Below, in pieces: positions 1-9,790 of a stretch of DNA of 64,000 bases; the stretch's first letter is position 1, and each line of letters begins with the position of its first letter. The position numbers were made by a program, and so were the translations under genes. Below the pieces are notes generated by a model that made no database searches, was not told where the DNA came from, and was given only the letters and a program-made list of their open reading frames with translations. This stretch comes from Alphaproteobacteria bacterium (GTDB lineage: Bacteria > Pseudomonadota > Alphaproteobacteria > GCA-2731375). Location: positions 4,128,001 through 4,192,000 of the forward strand of contig CBDDPY010000002.1 in the NCBI GenBank assembly GCA_965232515.1, in the 5' to 3' direction.

Positions 1-768
1 GCCGCCACAAACGACCTTGGCGTTTAGTGCCCGAACCGTCGTCTCGGTCAGCACCTCGCTTTCCAAGCAAGGCGCGAGGATATCGACGTCCAGGCGATAG
101 AACTCGTCCAGCGACACAGGAACCACACCATAGGCCCCGGCCGCCTGCGCCAACGCGACCTCGTCGCGATCGGCCGCGAAGACATCGGCACCGTCGGCGA
201 TCAGATGCTTGCAGAGATGCCAGCCGGTGCCGCCGATGCCGAGAACGGCCACGCGCAGGCCGGTCAGTTGGCGGCGGCCCAGACGGAAGACGGCGGCGGC
301 CCGGATTGCCTGATAGACCCCGAAGCCGACCGCCGGCGCTGCCTCGCCGCGACGGCCCGGCAGGTCAACCACATGCGTGGTCTGCCGCCGGATCACCGAC
401 ATGTCGTCCAGGGTGAGGCCAACGCCCCGGCCGCACACGTAAGCCCCGCCCATACGGTCGACGGCCCGTCCGAAGGCCTTGAGCAACGCCTCCGACTTGT
501 CCCGCGCCGGGTCACCGATAACCATTGCCGCGCCACCGCCCATCGGCACGTCGGCCAGCGCGCATTTATAGGTCATGGACCGGCTGCGCCGCAGCACCTC
601 GGACAAGGCGTCGGCCGGCGCCTCATACGGCTGCATACAGACGGCGCCACTGGCCGGTCCGAGCACTGAACTGTGAATGGCGATGACGGCGCGAAGGCCG
701 GCGGCCGGATCGGTTATGAAGCCGACGAACTCATGATCGGCGAACTCGGGTCGTTCGAACACCAGCAT
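1..768 (-). CDS. Glu/Leu/Phe/Val dehydrogenase family protein (runs off left edge; catalytic residues degenerate)
   Basis: Absent from the ORF track. Manual translation from ATG at 768 (RBS GGGAGG): MLVFERPEFADHEFVGFITDPAAGLRAVIAIHSSVLGPASG...MTYKCALADVPMGGG...VAVLGIGGTG...DILAPC...KVVCGG, matching LeuDH/ValDH architecture. Confidence 0.85.
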   Translation of the reverse strand, partial: MLVFERPEFADHEFVGFITDPAAGLRAVIAIHSSVLGPASGAVCMQPYEAPADALSEVLRRSRSMTYKCALADVPMGGGAAMVIGDPARDKSEALLKAFGRAVDRMGGAYVCGRGVGLTLDDMSVIRRQTTHVVDLPGRRGEAAPAVGFGVYQAIRAAAVFRLGRRQLTGLRVAVLGIGGTGWHLCKHLIADGADVFAADRDEVALAQAAGAYGVVPVSLDEFYRLDVDILAPCLESEVLTETTVRALNAKVVCGG

Positions 769-836
769 GACGGCCCTCCCAAACCAAGCAGGTCAGTCAT
801 AGCACCGCATCCCGCGGCGGCGCTGTGAAGCCCGTC

Positions 837-2000
837 TCACGTCAAGGCGCGGCGCACGCGGGCACCGATGCCGGCCAAACGCTCGGTCGGTTCGTTGCTG
901 AAGGCCAGTCGGACATAGCGATTGCCATGCGTCTCGCCCCAATTTGTCATCGGCATGACGGCGACGTGGCCCAGCTCCAGGAGCCGCTGCGCGGCCGCGG
1001 TGGCGTCGTGCCCCATCGCCGCCACGTCCAGCAGCATCGACCAGCCGCCGGCCGCCGGAATCAACGGCAGTCCGTCGAGTTCGGCCACGATGACGTCACG
1101 GCGACGTTGCAACTCGGCGACCGCTGCCGTGAGATCCGCGTCCGCCGCATGCAATGCCGCGGCCGCGGCGGCTTGGGCGATGCCCACCGGCACCGCGACA
1201 TCCGACATGGAGACCCGGCCGAGGTCGGGCATGACCCGCGCCGGACCGACAATCCAGCCGACACGCCAGCCGATCATGCGGTATTCCTTGGACATCGAAC
1301 CGACGGTGATCGTGCGTTCGGCCATCCCGGACAGCGCGGCGGGGTGCAGATAGGGACGGCCGTCGAACAGAATCCGTTCCATCGCGGCGTTGTAGATCAG
1401 CCAAAGCCCGCGTTCGTGGCAGAGCTCGGCGATCACCCGCCAGTCATCGGCCGACAATACGGCGCCAGTCGGCATGGCGGGGTTCATCAGGAACATGGCC
1501 CGGGTACGCGGTCCGATGGCCGCCCGCAACGCCGTCTGGTCGAGCCGCCAACCGTCTTGTGCCGGCACCAGGGGCACGCAGCGTGGCACGCCGCCACTCA
1601 GACGCACGCGGTTCAGCATGCCGATATCCGTCGGATCGGTGACAACGACCTCGGCCCCTGTCGGCACCAGCGCCATCAGGGCAATCAGACAACCCGACAT
1701 GCCGCCCGCCGTCACCACACAGTTCCGTTCGGCGTCGTAGTGATGGCCGGACAGCATGCCGACATGCCGCGCGATCGCCTGACGCAGGCCGAACTGGCCC
1801 AGAAACGGCAGGTATCGGTTCGCGCTGGCCTCGTCCACGGCGGCGCGGGTCGCCGCGACGGCCACCGCCGGCGGTCGCAGATCGGTATTCAGGTTCTCCA
1901 GACGCAGCAGATCGGGATGTTCGGCGGCGGCCCGGTCGGCCGCCGCGCCGACGGTGTCCAGGCCTAGCGGCCGGATATGTTGCAATCGCTCGACATCCAT
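837..2000 (-). CDS. PLP-dependent aminotransferase class I/II
   Basis: NPAMPTG and GSMSKEYRMIGWRVGW (PLP lysine), C-terminal YVRLAF; start trimmed to MDVERLQH after GGGAGAG. Confidence 0.85.
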   Translation of the reverse strand: MDVERLQHIRPLGLDTVGAAADRAAAEHPDLLRLENLNTDLRPPAVAVAATRAAVDEASANRYLPFLGQFGLRQAIARHVGMLSGHHYDAERNCVVTAGGMSGCLIALMALVPTGAEVVVTDPTDIGMLNRVRLSGGVPRCVPLVPAQDGWRLDQTALRAAIGPRTRAMFLMNPAMPTGAVLSADDWRVIAELCHERGLWLIYNAAMERILFDGRPYLHPAALSGMAERTITVGSMSKEYRMIGWRVGWIVGPARVMPDLGRVSMSDVAVPVGIAQAAAAAALHAADADLTAAVAELQRRRDVIVAELDGLPLIPAAGGWSMLLDVAAMGHDATAAAQRLLELGHVAVMPMTNWGETHGNRYVRLAFSNEPTERLAGIGARVRRALT

Positions 2001-2230
2001 CGACAATCTCTCCCGGCCGGACCCGACCCGGGCACGCAAGTCCTCTACGTACGGGTTAAGGCAAACAGATGCAGGCACGGCGGCCGTACCGAAATAGGCG
2101 GCAGCGGTTTCCATCGGATGTCGGCCCAGGACGAAAAGTGTTTCGATTGTTTCCGACGGACGCGCGCTGGGCGCGCACCGAGCGTTCAACAAGCCGGCAA
2201 GATCCGGCGAGCCTTCGAAGGAGCATTTGC

Positions 2231-2854
2231 ATGTACAAGCTGTACTGGTCGCGAAACACCGGCGCCTTCGCGCCCCAGGCCATGCTCGAGGAGATCGGCG
2301 CCGGCTACGAGAAGATTGTCGTCGATACCCATACCGACGCCCACCGCACGGCCGCGTTCCTGGCGGTCAATCCCATGGGCCAGATCCCGGCGCTGGTGTT
2401 GCCGGACGGCACGCTGCTGACCGAATCGACGGCCATAGTGCTGCAGCTCGGCGACCGTCATCCCGAGGCCGGACTACTGCCGGCGATCGGCAGCGCCGAG
2501 CGGGCGGCGCTCTACCGCTGGCTGCTGTTCATGTCGACGAACATCTACGACGCGGCGCTGCGTTACTATTACAGCGACCGCTACACCACCGATTCCAATG
2601 GCGCCGACGGCGTCAAGGCAGCCGCCGTCCGGGACATGGACCGCCATTGGGCGATCCTGGCGGCCGCGCTGACCACCGGTCCGTACCTGCTGGGCGATCG
2701 GTTCGGCGCCGGCGACATTTATCTGACCATGCTGGCCACCTGGCATCCGGACAGGGCGCGGCTGTTCGCCGAGCAACCATCCATCAAGGCCGTCTTCGAT
2801 CTCGCGGCGGCACGACCCGCGATCGCCAAGGTGCTGGCCGAACATGCGGGCTAA
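2231..2854 (+). CDS. Glutathione S-transferase family protein
   Basis: FLAVNPMGQIPAL...LTESTAI, GPYLLGDRFGAGDIYL; RBS AAGGAG before ATG 2231. Confidence 0.9.
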   Translation: MYKLYWSRNTGAFAPQAMLEEIGAGYEKIVVDTHTDAHRTAAFLAVNPMGQIPALVLPDGTLLTESTAIVLQLGDRHPEAGLLPAIGSAERAALYRWLLFMSTNIYDAALRYYYSDRYTTDSNGADGVKAAAVRDMDRHWAILAAALTTGPYLLGDRFGAGDIYLTMLATWHPDRARLFAEQPSIKAVFDLAAARPAIAKVLAEHAG

Positions 2855-2875
2855 TTGTTGGCTTGGAGGTGAAGG

Positions 2876-3003
2876 TGGCGGGCGGGAGCACGCAGCCGGT
2901 CGGTGGCCGTGCCAAAAGGGGGAGTGGGGGGTCACCTTTCACCCGGCCAACCGGCCCGATACCCACGGTCTCCCGCCGCGCCATATGAACGACAGACGTT
3001 CAT
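2876..3003. ncRNA. Candidate structured RNA (long imperfect rod plus small hairpin)
   Basis: Nested complementary segments 2876-2888/2970-2983, 2895-2909/2944-2955, 2915-2919/2935-2939; hairpin ATGAACG/CGTTCAT 2985-3003; intergenic. Confidence 0.3.
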
Positions 3004-3339
3004 CTCTCTCGTGCTACGGGGGTCGCAACAACGCCCCGCGCAGGTCAACAGGTAAGGCGGCGAGTTTTCTGCTTTGTGTCCGGCGGGGCCGGATAAGGTT
3101 TCAATTGTTTCAGTGGCGGGCCGACAGCGCCGGATTTCATCCCCAAAACGGTGCCGTGGGCGGCGCCCGCGGGCATCCCCCAGGATCGTCGCGAAACATC
3201 TGTTACCAAAATCCAGATATCGAGAAATCGGCCTGAAATCTGACCTCCCTATCTAAGTGGCCTTAAGAGACGTGCGGCGTGGCCGACCGGCGCGGAAAAC
3301 AGCCGGCGGCCCAACCGCACTTGAGAGGAGAACAAGGTC

Positions 3340-3663
3340 ATGTCCGCCTATTTCGATATGGACCGAAATGGCAACCCGAATGGCACGGCGCGAGCCCCGT
3401 TCATGGAGCTGGTGGCGCCGTTTCAATTCATCGCCGACGGTCTGATCGCCGGCATCAATTATGCCGTCGACACCACGCATAAGGCTTCGATCGAAGCCGC
3501 CAAGCGCCGCCGGGCGCGTCAAACCATCGACCGGCTGCAACGGCTCGACAACCATATGCTTCGCGACATCGGCATCAACCGCAGCGACATAACGCGGATC
3601 GGCTTCGAGGCCAGCAACACCGACGACGGTGTCTGGCGGCATCCCGGCCGGTCCGGAAAGTAA
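3340..3663 (+). CDS. DUF1127 domain small protein
   Basis: RRARQTIDRLQRLDNHMLRDIGINRSDI signature; RBS GAGGAG. Confidence 0.85.
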   Translation: MSAYFDMDRNGNPNGTARAPFMELVAPFQFIADGLIAGINYAVDTTHKASIEAAKRRRARQTIDRLQRLDNHMLRDIGINRSDITRIGFEASNTDDGVWRHPGRSGK

Positions 3664-3883
3664 CGCCTGTCGTGGGTGTCGATGGGAACAGGCGGTCGTG
3701 CCGCACATTTGAACGGCACGGCCGCTTTCGGTTGCACGGCGATATCGGTTTGGGGGCGGCACGCTGACGGCGGCCGCAAGGCCGGTATTCCTGAACTAGA
3801 CAAGGGACGGTATTAGAATGACCATGGAGATCGCACCTGTGTTCGCCCCCTCGGGCCACACACGGGAAGACAGCAGGGACGAG

Positions 3884-4606
3884 ATGGCGACAAAGACGCG
3901 TATTCTGGTCGTCGACGACGAAGCCGACATTCGCGAAACCCTCGACGACTACTTGAAGATCCACGACTTCGAGGTCACGGTCGCCGACGGCGGCGAGGCC
4001 GTGCGGCAGCTCATCGAGGACGGCGCCGAAATCGACGTGGTCCTGCTGGACATCAACATGCCGGGCGAGGACGGCCTGTCGCTGGCGCGATTCCTGCGCG
4101 AACGCGCCGATGTCGGCATCATCATGCTGACGGCCGTCGGCGAAACCGTCGACCGCATCGTCGGCCTGGAAATGGGCGCCGACGATTATCTGGTGAAGCC
4201 GGTCGACCTGCGCGAGCTGCTGGCCCGGATCCGGGCCGTGACGCGGCGGCTGCAGGCGGAAGCCGAGGCCGAGCCCGCGGCCGGCGACGGCACCGAGGAG
4301 ATCGCCTTCGGCCGCTGCCGGCTGAACCTCGACTCGCGCAAGCTGTTCGACGCCGAGCGCAACGAGATCCCGATCACCAGCATGGAATTCGACCTGCTGA
4401 AGGCCTTCGCCGACCATCCGAACCGGGTGCTGAACCGGGACCAGCTGCTGGACCTGGCGCACAACCGGGACTGGGAGCCGTTCGACCGCAGCATCGATAT
4501 CCGCATCGCCCGCATCCGGCGCAAGCTGGAGGTCGATCCCAGCAAGCCGGAGGTCATCAAAACAGTTCGCGGCGCCGGCTACATCTACGTCCCGCCCGGC
4601 CGCTAA
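3884..4606 (+). CDS. OmpR-family response regulator (orphan)
   Basis: ILVVDDE, LLDINMPGEDG, GADDYLVKP, winged helix FDRSIDIRIARIRRK...KTVRGAGY. Confidence 0.92.
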   Translation: MATKTRILVVDDEADIRETLDDYLKIHDFEVTVADGGEAVRQLIEDGAEIDVVLLDINMPGEDGLSLARFLRERADVGIIMLTAVGETVDRIVGLEMGADDYLVKPVDLRELLARIRAVTRRLQAEAEAEPAAGDGTEEIAFGRCRLNLDSRKLFDAERNEIPITSMEFDLLKAFADHPNRVLNRDQLLDLAHNRDWEPFDRSIDIRIARIRRKLEVDPSKPEVIKTVRGAGYIYVPPGR

Positions 4607-4621
4607 GCGTTTAGCGCCGGT

Positions 4622-5023
4622 TCAATCTTCCAGATAGGCCGTGCATTTCAGCTCGACCCGCAGGCCCGGCATCGAGAAGCGCTTCACCTCGAAGCCGGTC
4701 CAGGTCGGGTAGTTGCGGACCATGTAGCGGTCCTTGACCTGCATGAACAGCGGCAGGTCGGTCATGTCGGTGTGGTAGGAGACCAGCTCGACGACATCGT
4801 CGAAGCCGGCGCCGGCCGCGTCCAGGACCAGCTTCACGTTCTCGAAGGCTTGCGCGAACTGCGCTTCCGGATCCTCGATCACATTGAGGTCCCGGTCGCG
4901 GCCGACCTGGCCGGCGATGTAGAGGTGATTGCCGACCCGCACGCCGGGCGCGTAATGGTAAGTCTCGTAGATGTTCTCCATGCCCGGCGGGATGATGGTC
5001 TGTCGCTTGGCCGGCATCGGCAC
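4622..5023 (-). CDS. RidA/YjgF family protein
   Basis: YAPGVRVGNHLYIAGQVG...FENVKLVL...LRVELKCTA. Confidence 0.88.
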   Translation of the reverse strand: MPMPAKRQTIIPPGMENIYETYHYAPGVRVGNHLYIAGQVGRDRDLNVIEDPEAQFAQAFENVKLVLDAAGAGFDDVVELVSYHTDMTDLPLFMQVKDRYMVRNYPTWTGFEVKRFSMPGLRVELKCTAYLED

Positions 5024-5030
5024 GCTCCCT

Positions 5031-5807
5031 TCAGTTGGCGGTGATCCGCAGGTTCTCGGCGTACTGTGTCATGGCAGCCGAGATGATGATCTTGTCCGTG
5101 CCGACCACGAAGCAGCGCACACCGCGTTCGTACCATTCGCCGAGCTGCCGCCGCGCCTCGACCGGATTGGGGTCGAAGACCGGCATCATCACCGGCACGC
5201 CCTGCTCCTGCGCGCGTCGGACCATGTAGTCGACGGCGTCCTGCACTTCGGCGCGGCGGTAATCGCCCTCATAACCGAGCGACACCGACAGGTCGAATGG
5301 GCCGATCAGGAAGCCCATGACATCGGGCACCCGGACGATGTTGTCGAAATCGTCGAGGCCGGCCTGGGTTTCGACCAGCAGCACGACGCCGGTCTCGCTT
5401 TCGACCCGGCGCACATAGCTCTGCCAGTCGCGGATGAAATGCCCGCCCGCCCGAACACAGGGGCAGGCGCCACGATTGCCGCGCGGCGCGAAGCGGCTGG
5501 CGCCGACGGCGATCTCGGCGTCTTCCTGCGAGCCGACGCCCGGAATGACGACGGCCGTGGCGCCGGCGTCAAACGCCTTGGTGATCATCACGGGATCGTT
5601 GGCCGGCAGGCGAATGGTCGGCGTGGTGCGGACGGCGTCGCAGGCCCGGAACATGTTTTCCGCCGTCTCCAGACCGAAATAGCCGTGCTCGGCATCGACG
5701 ATGGCGAAGTCGAAACCGCTGAGCCCAATCATGTCGACGATCTCGGCGCTGGCGACCTGGGCCCAGGTGCCCAGCACCAGGCGATCGGGTTCGAACAGAT
5801 GGGTCAT
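5031..5807 (-). CDS. HpcH/HpaI aldolase family protein
   Basis: GFDFAIVDAEHG, LVET, IGPFDLS motifs. Confidence 0.9.
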   Translation of the reverse strand: MTHLFEPDRLVLGTWAQVASAEIVDMIGLSGFDFAIVDAEHGYFGLETAENMFRACDAVRTTPTIRLPANDPVMITKAFDAGATAVVIPGVGSQEDAEIAVGASRFAPRGNRGACPCVRAGGHFIRDWQSYVRRVESETGVVLLVETQAGLDDFDNIVRVPDVMGFLIGPFDLSVSLGYEGDYRRAEVQDAVDYMVRRAQEQGVPVMMPVFDPNPVEARRQLGEWYERGVRCFVVGTDKIIISAAMTQYAENLRITAN

Positions 5808-5829
5808 CTCTCAGTCTCCCTTCAGCGGT

Positions 5830-7857
5830 TCAATCGCGATAGCAGACGGCCTCGACCGCCGCGGCGATGTCGCGGCCGTCGGGCATGTAGTCGCGCTCCA
5901 GCCGGTCGTTGTAGGGCACCGGCATGTCGGGCGCGCCGACCCGCCCCACCGGCGCGTCGAGCCAGTCGAAGGCCTGCTCCATGATCGTCGCGGCGATCTC
6001 GCCGCCGATGCCGCCAAAGCGCACGGCCTCGTGCACGACGACGGCGCGGTTCGTCTTCTTCACGCTCTCGACGATGGTGCCCATGTCCAACGGCTTGACC
6101 GTGCGCGGATCAATGATCTCGACGGAAATACCCTGTTTCTCCAGCCGGGCGGCGGCCTGCTCGGCACGTTCGACCATGGCCATCAGGGCCACAACGGTTA
6201 CATCCGTGCCTTCGCGCACGATGCGCGCCTGCCCCGGCGCGATCTCATAGGCCGCTTCCGGCACCGGCGCCTCGCCGCCCAGATAAAGCAGCTTGTGCTC
6301 CAGGAACACGACCGGGTTGTCGGAGCGGATCGCCGCCGTCATCAGGCCCTTAGCGTCGTAGGGATTCGACGGCGCATAGACCTCGAGCCCCGGCACGTGC
6401 GCGAACCAGGCCTCGAGCGATTGACAATGCTGGGCCGCGAGACGGATGCCGGCGCCCTGCGGCCCGCGAAACACGATCGGCACCTTGGCGGCGCCGCCCA
6501 GCATGAAGCGGGCCTTGGCGGCCTGGTTGACGATGGCGTCCATCATCAGCGAGACGAAATCGAAGAGCTGGATCTCGACGATGGGCCGCAGACCGCGCAA
6601 AGCCGCGCCGACGCCGCAGGCCGAGATCGCGCCTTCGGAGATCGGGGTGTCGCGCACGCGCTCCGGCCCGACCGCGTCGCGCAGGCCCACCGTCAGGCCG
6701 AAGATCCCGCCGATGGCCGAGACATCCTCGCCGATCAGGATCACGCGCTCGTCCCGCTCCATCTCCTGCCGGAACGCCTCGTTGATGGCCTGCACATAGG
6801 TGAGTGTGCGTTCGTCCGGCGGCGGCGCGGCCGCGATCTCGCGGGCCGGCGCCGTCACCTTCGTGCGCGCGGTTTCGATGTCGGGCTCGGGTTGCGCCGC
6901 GGCCCAGTCGATGGCGGCCTCGACCTCGTCCTCGACGCTGCCGACCATGGCCTCGTAGTCGGCTTCGGCCATGCCGCCGGCCGATATCGCGCGGTCGCGC
7001 AGCCGGATCAGCGGATCGGCCGACTTCCAGCCTTCCTCCTCGGCCTCGCCCCGGTAGCTCGGCAGGTTGGCGCGCATGGAATGGTCGTCCCAGCGATAGG
7101 TCAGCGCCTCGATCAGCGACGGCCCCTTGCCGGCCCGCGCCCGCAGCGCCGCCCGCTCAACCGCGTCGAACACGGCCATGGCATCATTGCCGTCGACGCG
7201 AGCGTTGGCGACGCCGTAGCCGTCGGCGCGCGCCGCGACGGACGGTCCGGCGGTGACGCTGGCCGACGCCGTCGACAGGCCGTACTGGTTGTTCTCGCAG
7301 AAGAAAATCAGCGGCAGCGACCAGACCGCCGCCAGGTTCATGGCCTCATGAAAGATGCCCTCGTTGGCGGCCCCGTCACCGAAGAAGGCAATGCCGATGG
7401 CGCCCGTGTCCTTCAGCTTCTCGGCCAGCGCCGCGCCGGTGCCGAGCCCCATGCCGGCTCCGACGATGCCATTGGCGCCGAGGATATTCGCCTCGAAGTC
7501 GGCGATGTGCATGGAGCCGCCGAGCCCGTAGCAATAGCCCTCGGCCTTGCCCATCAGTTCGGCGAACATGCGGCGCATGTCGGCGCCCTTGGCCAGCGTG
7601 TGGCCGTGTCCCCGATGATGCGTCAGCAGAAAATCACGCGGCTCCAGCGCCCGGCACGCGCCGACGGCAATCGCCTCCTGTCCCACCGAGGAATGCGCCG
7701 TGCCCTTGATGACACCGCTCAGGAACAGCTCCTTGGTCCGCGTCTCGAACCGGCGGATGCGCAGCATCAGGTGCAGCATTTCCTTCAGGTCGTCCGGACC
7801 CAGGCGATTGCCGGGCGCGGGTTCAGAGACGGATTGCAGAACGCTGACATCGGACAT
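5830..7857 (-). CDS. 2-oxoacid/acetoin dehydrogenase E1 alpha-beta fusion (ThDP-dependent)
   Basis: HSSVGQEA, GGSMH, GDGAANEG...CENNQY (ThDP motif), then beta part DTPISE, AAQHCQS, DPRTVKPLD. Confidence 0.92.
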   Translation of the reverse strand: MSDVSVLQSVSEPAPGNRLGPDDLKEMLHLMLRIRRFETRTKELFLSGVIKGTAHSSVGQEAIAVGACRALEPRDFLLTHHRGHGHTLAKGADMRRMFAELMGKAEGYCYGLGGSMHIADFEANILGANGIVGAGMGLGTGAALAEKLKDTGAIGIAFFGDGAANEGIFHEAMNLAAVWSLPLIFFCENNQYGLSTASASVTAGPSVAARADGYGVANARVDGNDAMAVFDAVERAALRARAGKGPSLIEALTYRWDDHSMRANLPSYRGEAEEEGWKSADPLIRLRDRAISAGGMAEADYEAMVGSVEDEVEAAIDWAAAQPEPDIETARTKVTAPAREIAAAPPPDERTLTYVQAINEAFRQEMERDERVILIGEDVSAIGGIFGLTVGLRDAVGPERVRDTPISEGAISACGVGAALRGLRPIVEIQLFDFVSLMMDAIVNQAAKARFMLGGAAKVPIVFRGPQGAGIRLAAQHCQSLEAWFAHVPGLEVYAPSNPYDAKGLMTAAIRSDNPVVFLEHKLLYLGGEAPVPEAAYEIAPGQARIVREGTDVTVVALMAMVERAEQAAARLEKQGISVEIIDPRTVKPLDMGTIVESVKKTNRAVVVHEAVRFGGIGGEIAATIMEQAFDWLDAPVGRVGAPDMPVPYNDRLERDYMPDGRDIAAAVEAVCYRD

Positions 7858-7878
7858 GACGATCGAACCCCGTTGTTA

Positions 7879-9195
7879 TCAGCCGTAAGCCAGCGTCGGC
7901 AGCCAGAGCGCGATCTGCGGGAACGTCGCGACCAGCACCAGCGCCAGCACCTGCAGGCCGATGAACGGCCATTGCGCGGCGAAGATGTCCTGCAGCGTCA
8001 CCTCGGGCGGCGCCACGCCCTTCAGGTAAAAACAGGCCGGGCCGAATGGCGGCGTCAGATAGGCGATCTGCATGGATAGGTTGAAGAGAATGCCGAACCA
8101 GATCGGATCGTAACCCAGCGCCTGCAACGTCGGCAGGAAGATCGGCATGGTCAGGAACAGGATGCCGATCCAGTCGAGGAAAAAGCCGAGCGCGATGAAG
8201 ACCAGGATCATCGTCGCGATGATGATGGTCGGTTCGGTCGAGACGCCGGCCAGCGCGGCCTTGGCGAAGGCGATGCCGCCGAGCAGGTTGTAGACACCGA
8301 TCAACGCGTTGGTGCCGAACACCAGCCAGAACACCATGCCGCAGGCCTTCAGCGACTGGATCAGCGCCTCGCGGATCATCCGGAACGACAGCTCGCGTCG
8401 GACCCAGGCCGCGAGGATGGTGCCGACCACGCCGACGGCGGCGGATTCGGTGATCGAGGCGAAGCCGGCATAGATCGAGATCAGCACCGAGCCGGCGACC
8501 AGCAACGGCAGGGCGACGCCTTTCAGCAGCGCCAGCTTCTCGGCCAACGGCATGTCGCGGTCAGCGACATCGACGGGCGGGCCGAGCACCGGGTTCAGAC
8601 GGCAGCGGACGAGAATGTAGACGACATAGAAACTGGCCAGCATCAGGCCCGGCAGCACCGTTGCCAGGAACAGGTGCGAGATCGAGACCTGCGCCGTGAT
8701 GCCGTAGAAGATCAGGATGATTGACGGCGGGATCATGGTGCCGAGCGAACCGCCGGCGGTGATGGTGCCGATGGCCAGGCGCTTGTCGTAACCCAGCTTC
8801 AGCATCTGCGGCAGCGCCACCAGGCCCAGCAGCACGATCTCGCCGCCGATGATGCCCGTCGTGGCGCCCAGGATCACGGCGACGCCGATCGTGATCACCG
8901 CGACGCCGCCCTTCAGCTCGCCGGCCCAGACATGGAAGGCGCGGTAGAGATCGCGGGCCACGCCCGAACGCTCCATGATCGAGGCCATCAGCACGAACAT
9001 CGGCACCGCGACCAGCGCGAAGGAACCGAGGAACTCGGCCGTGCGGCTGCCGAGGATGAACAGGCCACCGGTACCGAAATGCGTCACCGCCAGCACCACG
9101 GCGATGGCGCCCGAGACGAAAGCGAGCGGCACGCCGATCATCAACAGGCCGACCATGGCCAGCACGATCAGCAGCGACAGCGTGCCGATGTCCAT
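7879..9195 (-). CDS. TRAP transporter large permease (DctM)
   Basis: GGSLGTMIPPS, YLTPPFG, many TM segments; start MDIGTLS overlaps the dctQ stop. Confidence 0.92.
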   Translation of the reverse strand: MDIGTLSLLIVLAMVGLLMIGVPLAFVSGAIAVVLAVTHFGTGGLFILGSRTAEFLGSFALVAVPMFVLMASIMERSGVARDLYRAFHVWAGELKGGVAVITIGVAVILGATTGIIGGEIVLLGLVALPQMLKLGYDKRLAIGTITAGGSLGTMIPPSIILIFYGITAQVSISHLFLATVLPGLMLASFYVVYILVRCRLNPVLGPPVDVADRDMPLAEKLALLKGVALPLLVAGSVLISIYAGFASITESAAVGVVGTILAAWVRRELSFRMIREALIQSLKACGMVFWLVFGTNALIGVYNLLGGIAFAKAALAGVSTEPTIIIATMILVFIALGFFLDWIGILFLTMPIFLPTLQALGYDPIWFGILFNLSMQIAYLTPPFGPACFYLKGVAPPEVTLQDIFAAQWPFIGLQVLALVLVATFPQIALWLPTLAYG

Positions 9196-9713
9196 CAGTC
9201 GGTCTTGCCGTCTGCGGTGCGCGACCGGAACAGCAGCCAGAGCTGACGGAGGATGACGATCAGGAACAAAACCGCGCCCAGCAATAATGCGAACTTCACG
9301 AAAGCCGGCGCCGGCGTGTTCCACGAGGTGCCCGACCGCTCGGGTGTCCAACTGCCGTTGGCGGCGAACCTGAACAGCGTGCGCTGCGTGATCGACCACA
9401 TCGCCACCGCGAGGCCGCCGAGATAGATCGTGCCGGCAATCAGACTGACAAACTCAGCCAAGCGGCGACCGCGCCGCGGCATGCGGTCGGCCAGGAACGT
9501 GATGCGCATGTGCGACCGGTCGGCCATGCAATAGGCGCCGCCGAAGATGAAGGCGACGGCCGCGACGATGCCGGCCAGTTCGTGCGCCCAGAATGTCGGC
9601 GCGTTCAGCCCGTAGCGAACAGCCACCTCGTAGGCCATCATCACGGCGATCGCCAGAAAACCCCAGGCGAGGCCGTGGCCGACGGCGAGTGCAAGGCGGT
9701 CAATCCAGCGCAA
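9195..9713 (-). CDS. TRAP transporter small permease (DctQ)
   Basis: YEVAVRYGLNAPTFWAHEL, HMRIT; 4 TM; between DctP and DctM. Confidence 0.88.
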   Translation of the reverse strand: MRWIDRLALAVGHGLAWGFLAIAVMMAYEVAVRYGLNAPTFWAHELAGIVAAVAFIFGGAYCMADRSHMRITFLADRMPRRGRRLAEFVSLIAGTIYLGGLAVAMWSITQRTLFRFAANGSWTPERSGTSWNTPAPAFVKFALLLGAVLFLIVILRQLWLLFRSRTADGKTD

Positions 9714-9790
9714 CGTTTTGCGCCCCCTGTCGTGGCCGAACGGCGAAGGGGCGCGGCGTCACCGCGCCCCCGCACATTCGCTAACCGTAC

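Noticed and set aside
2876-2983. 6S RNA, SRP RNA or a known riboswitch
   Set aside because: Rod shape only; the conserved sequence motifs and usual gene context were not recognised.
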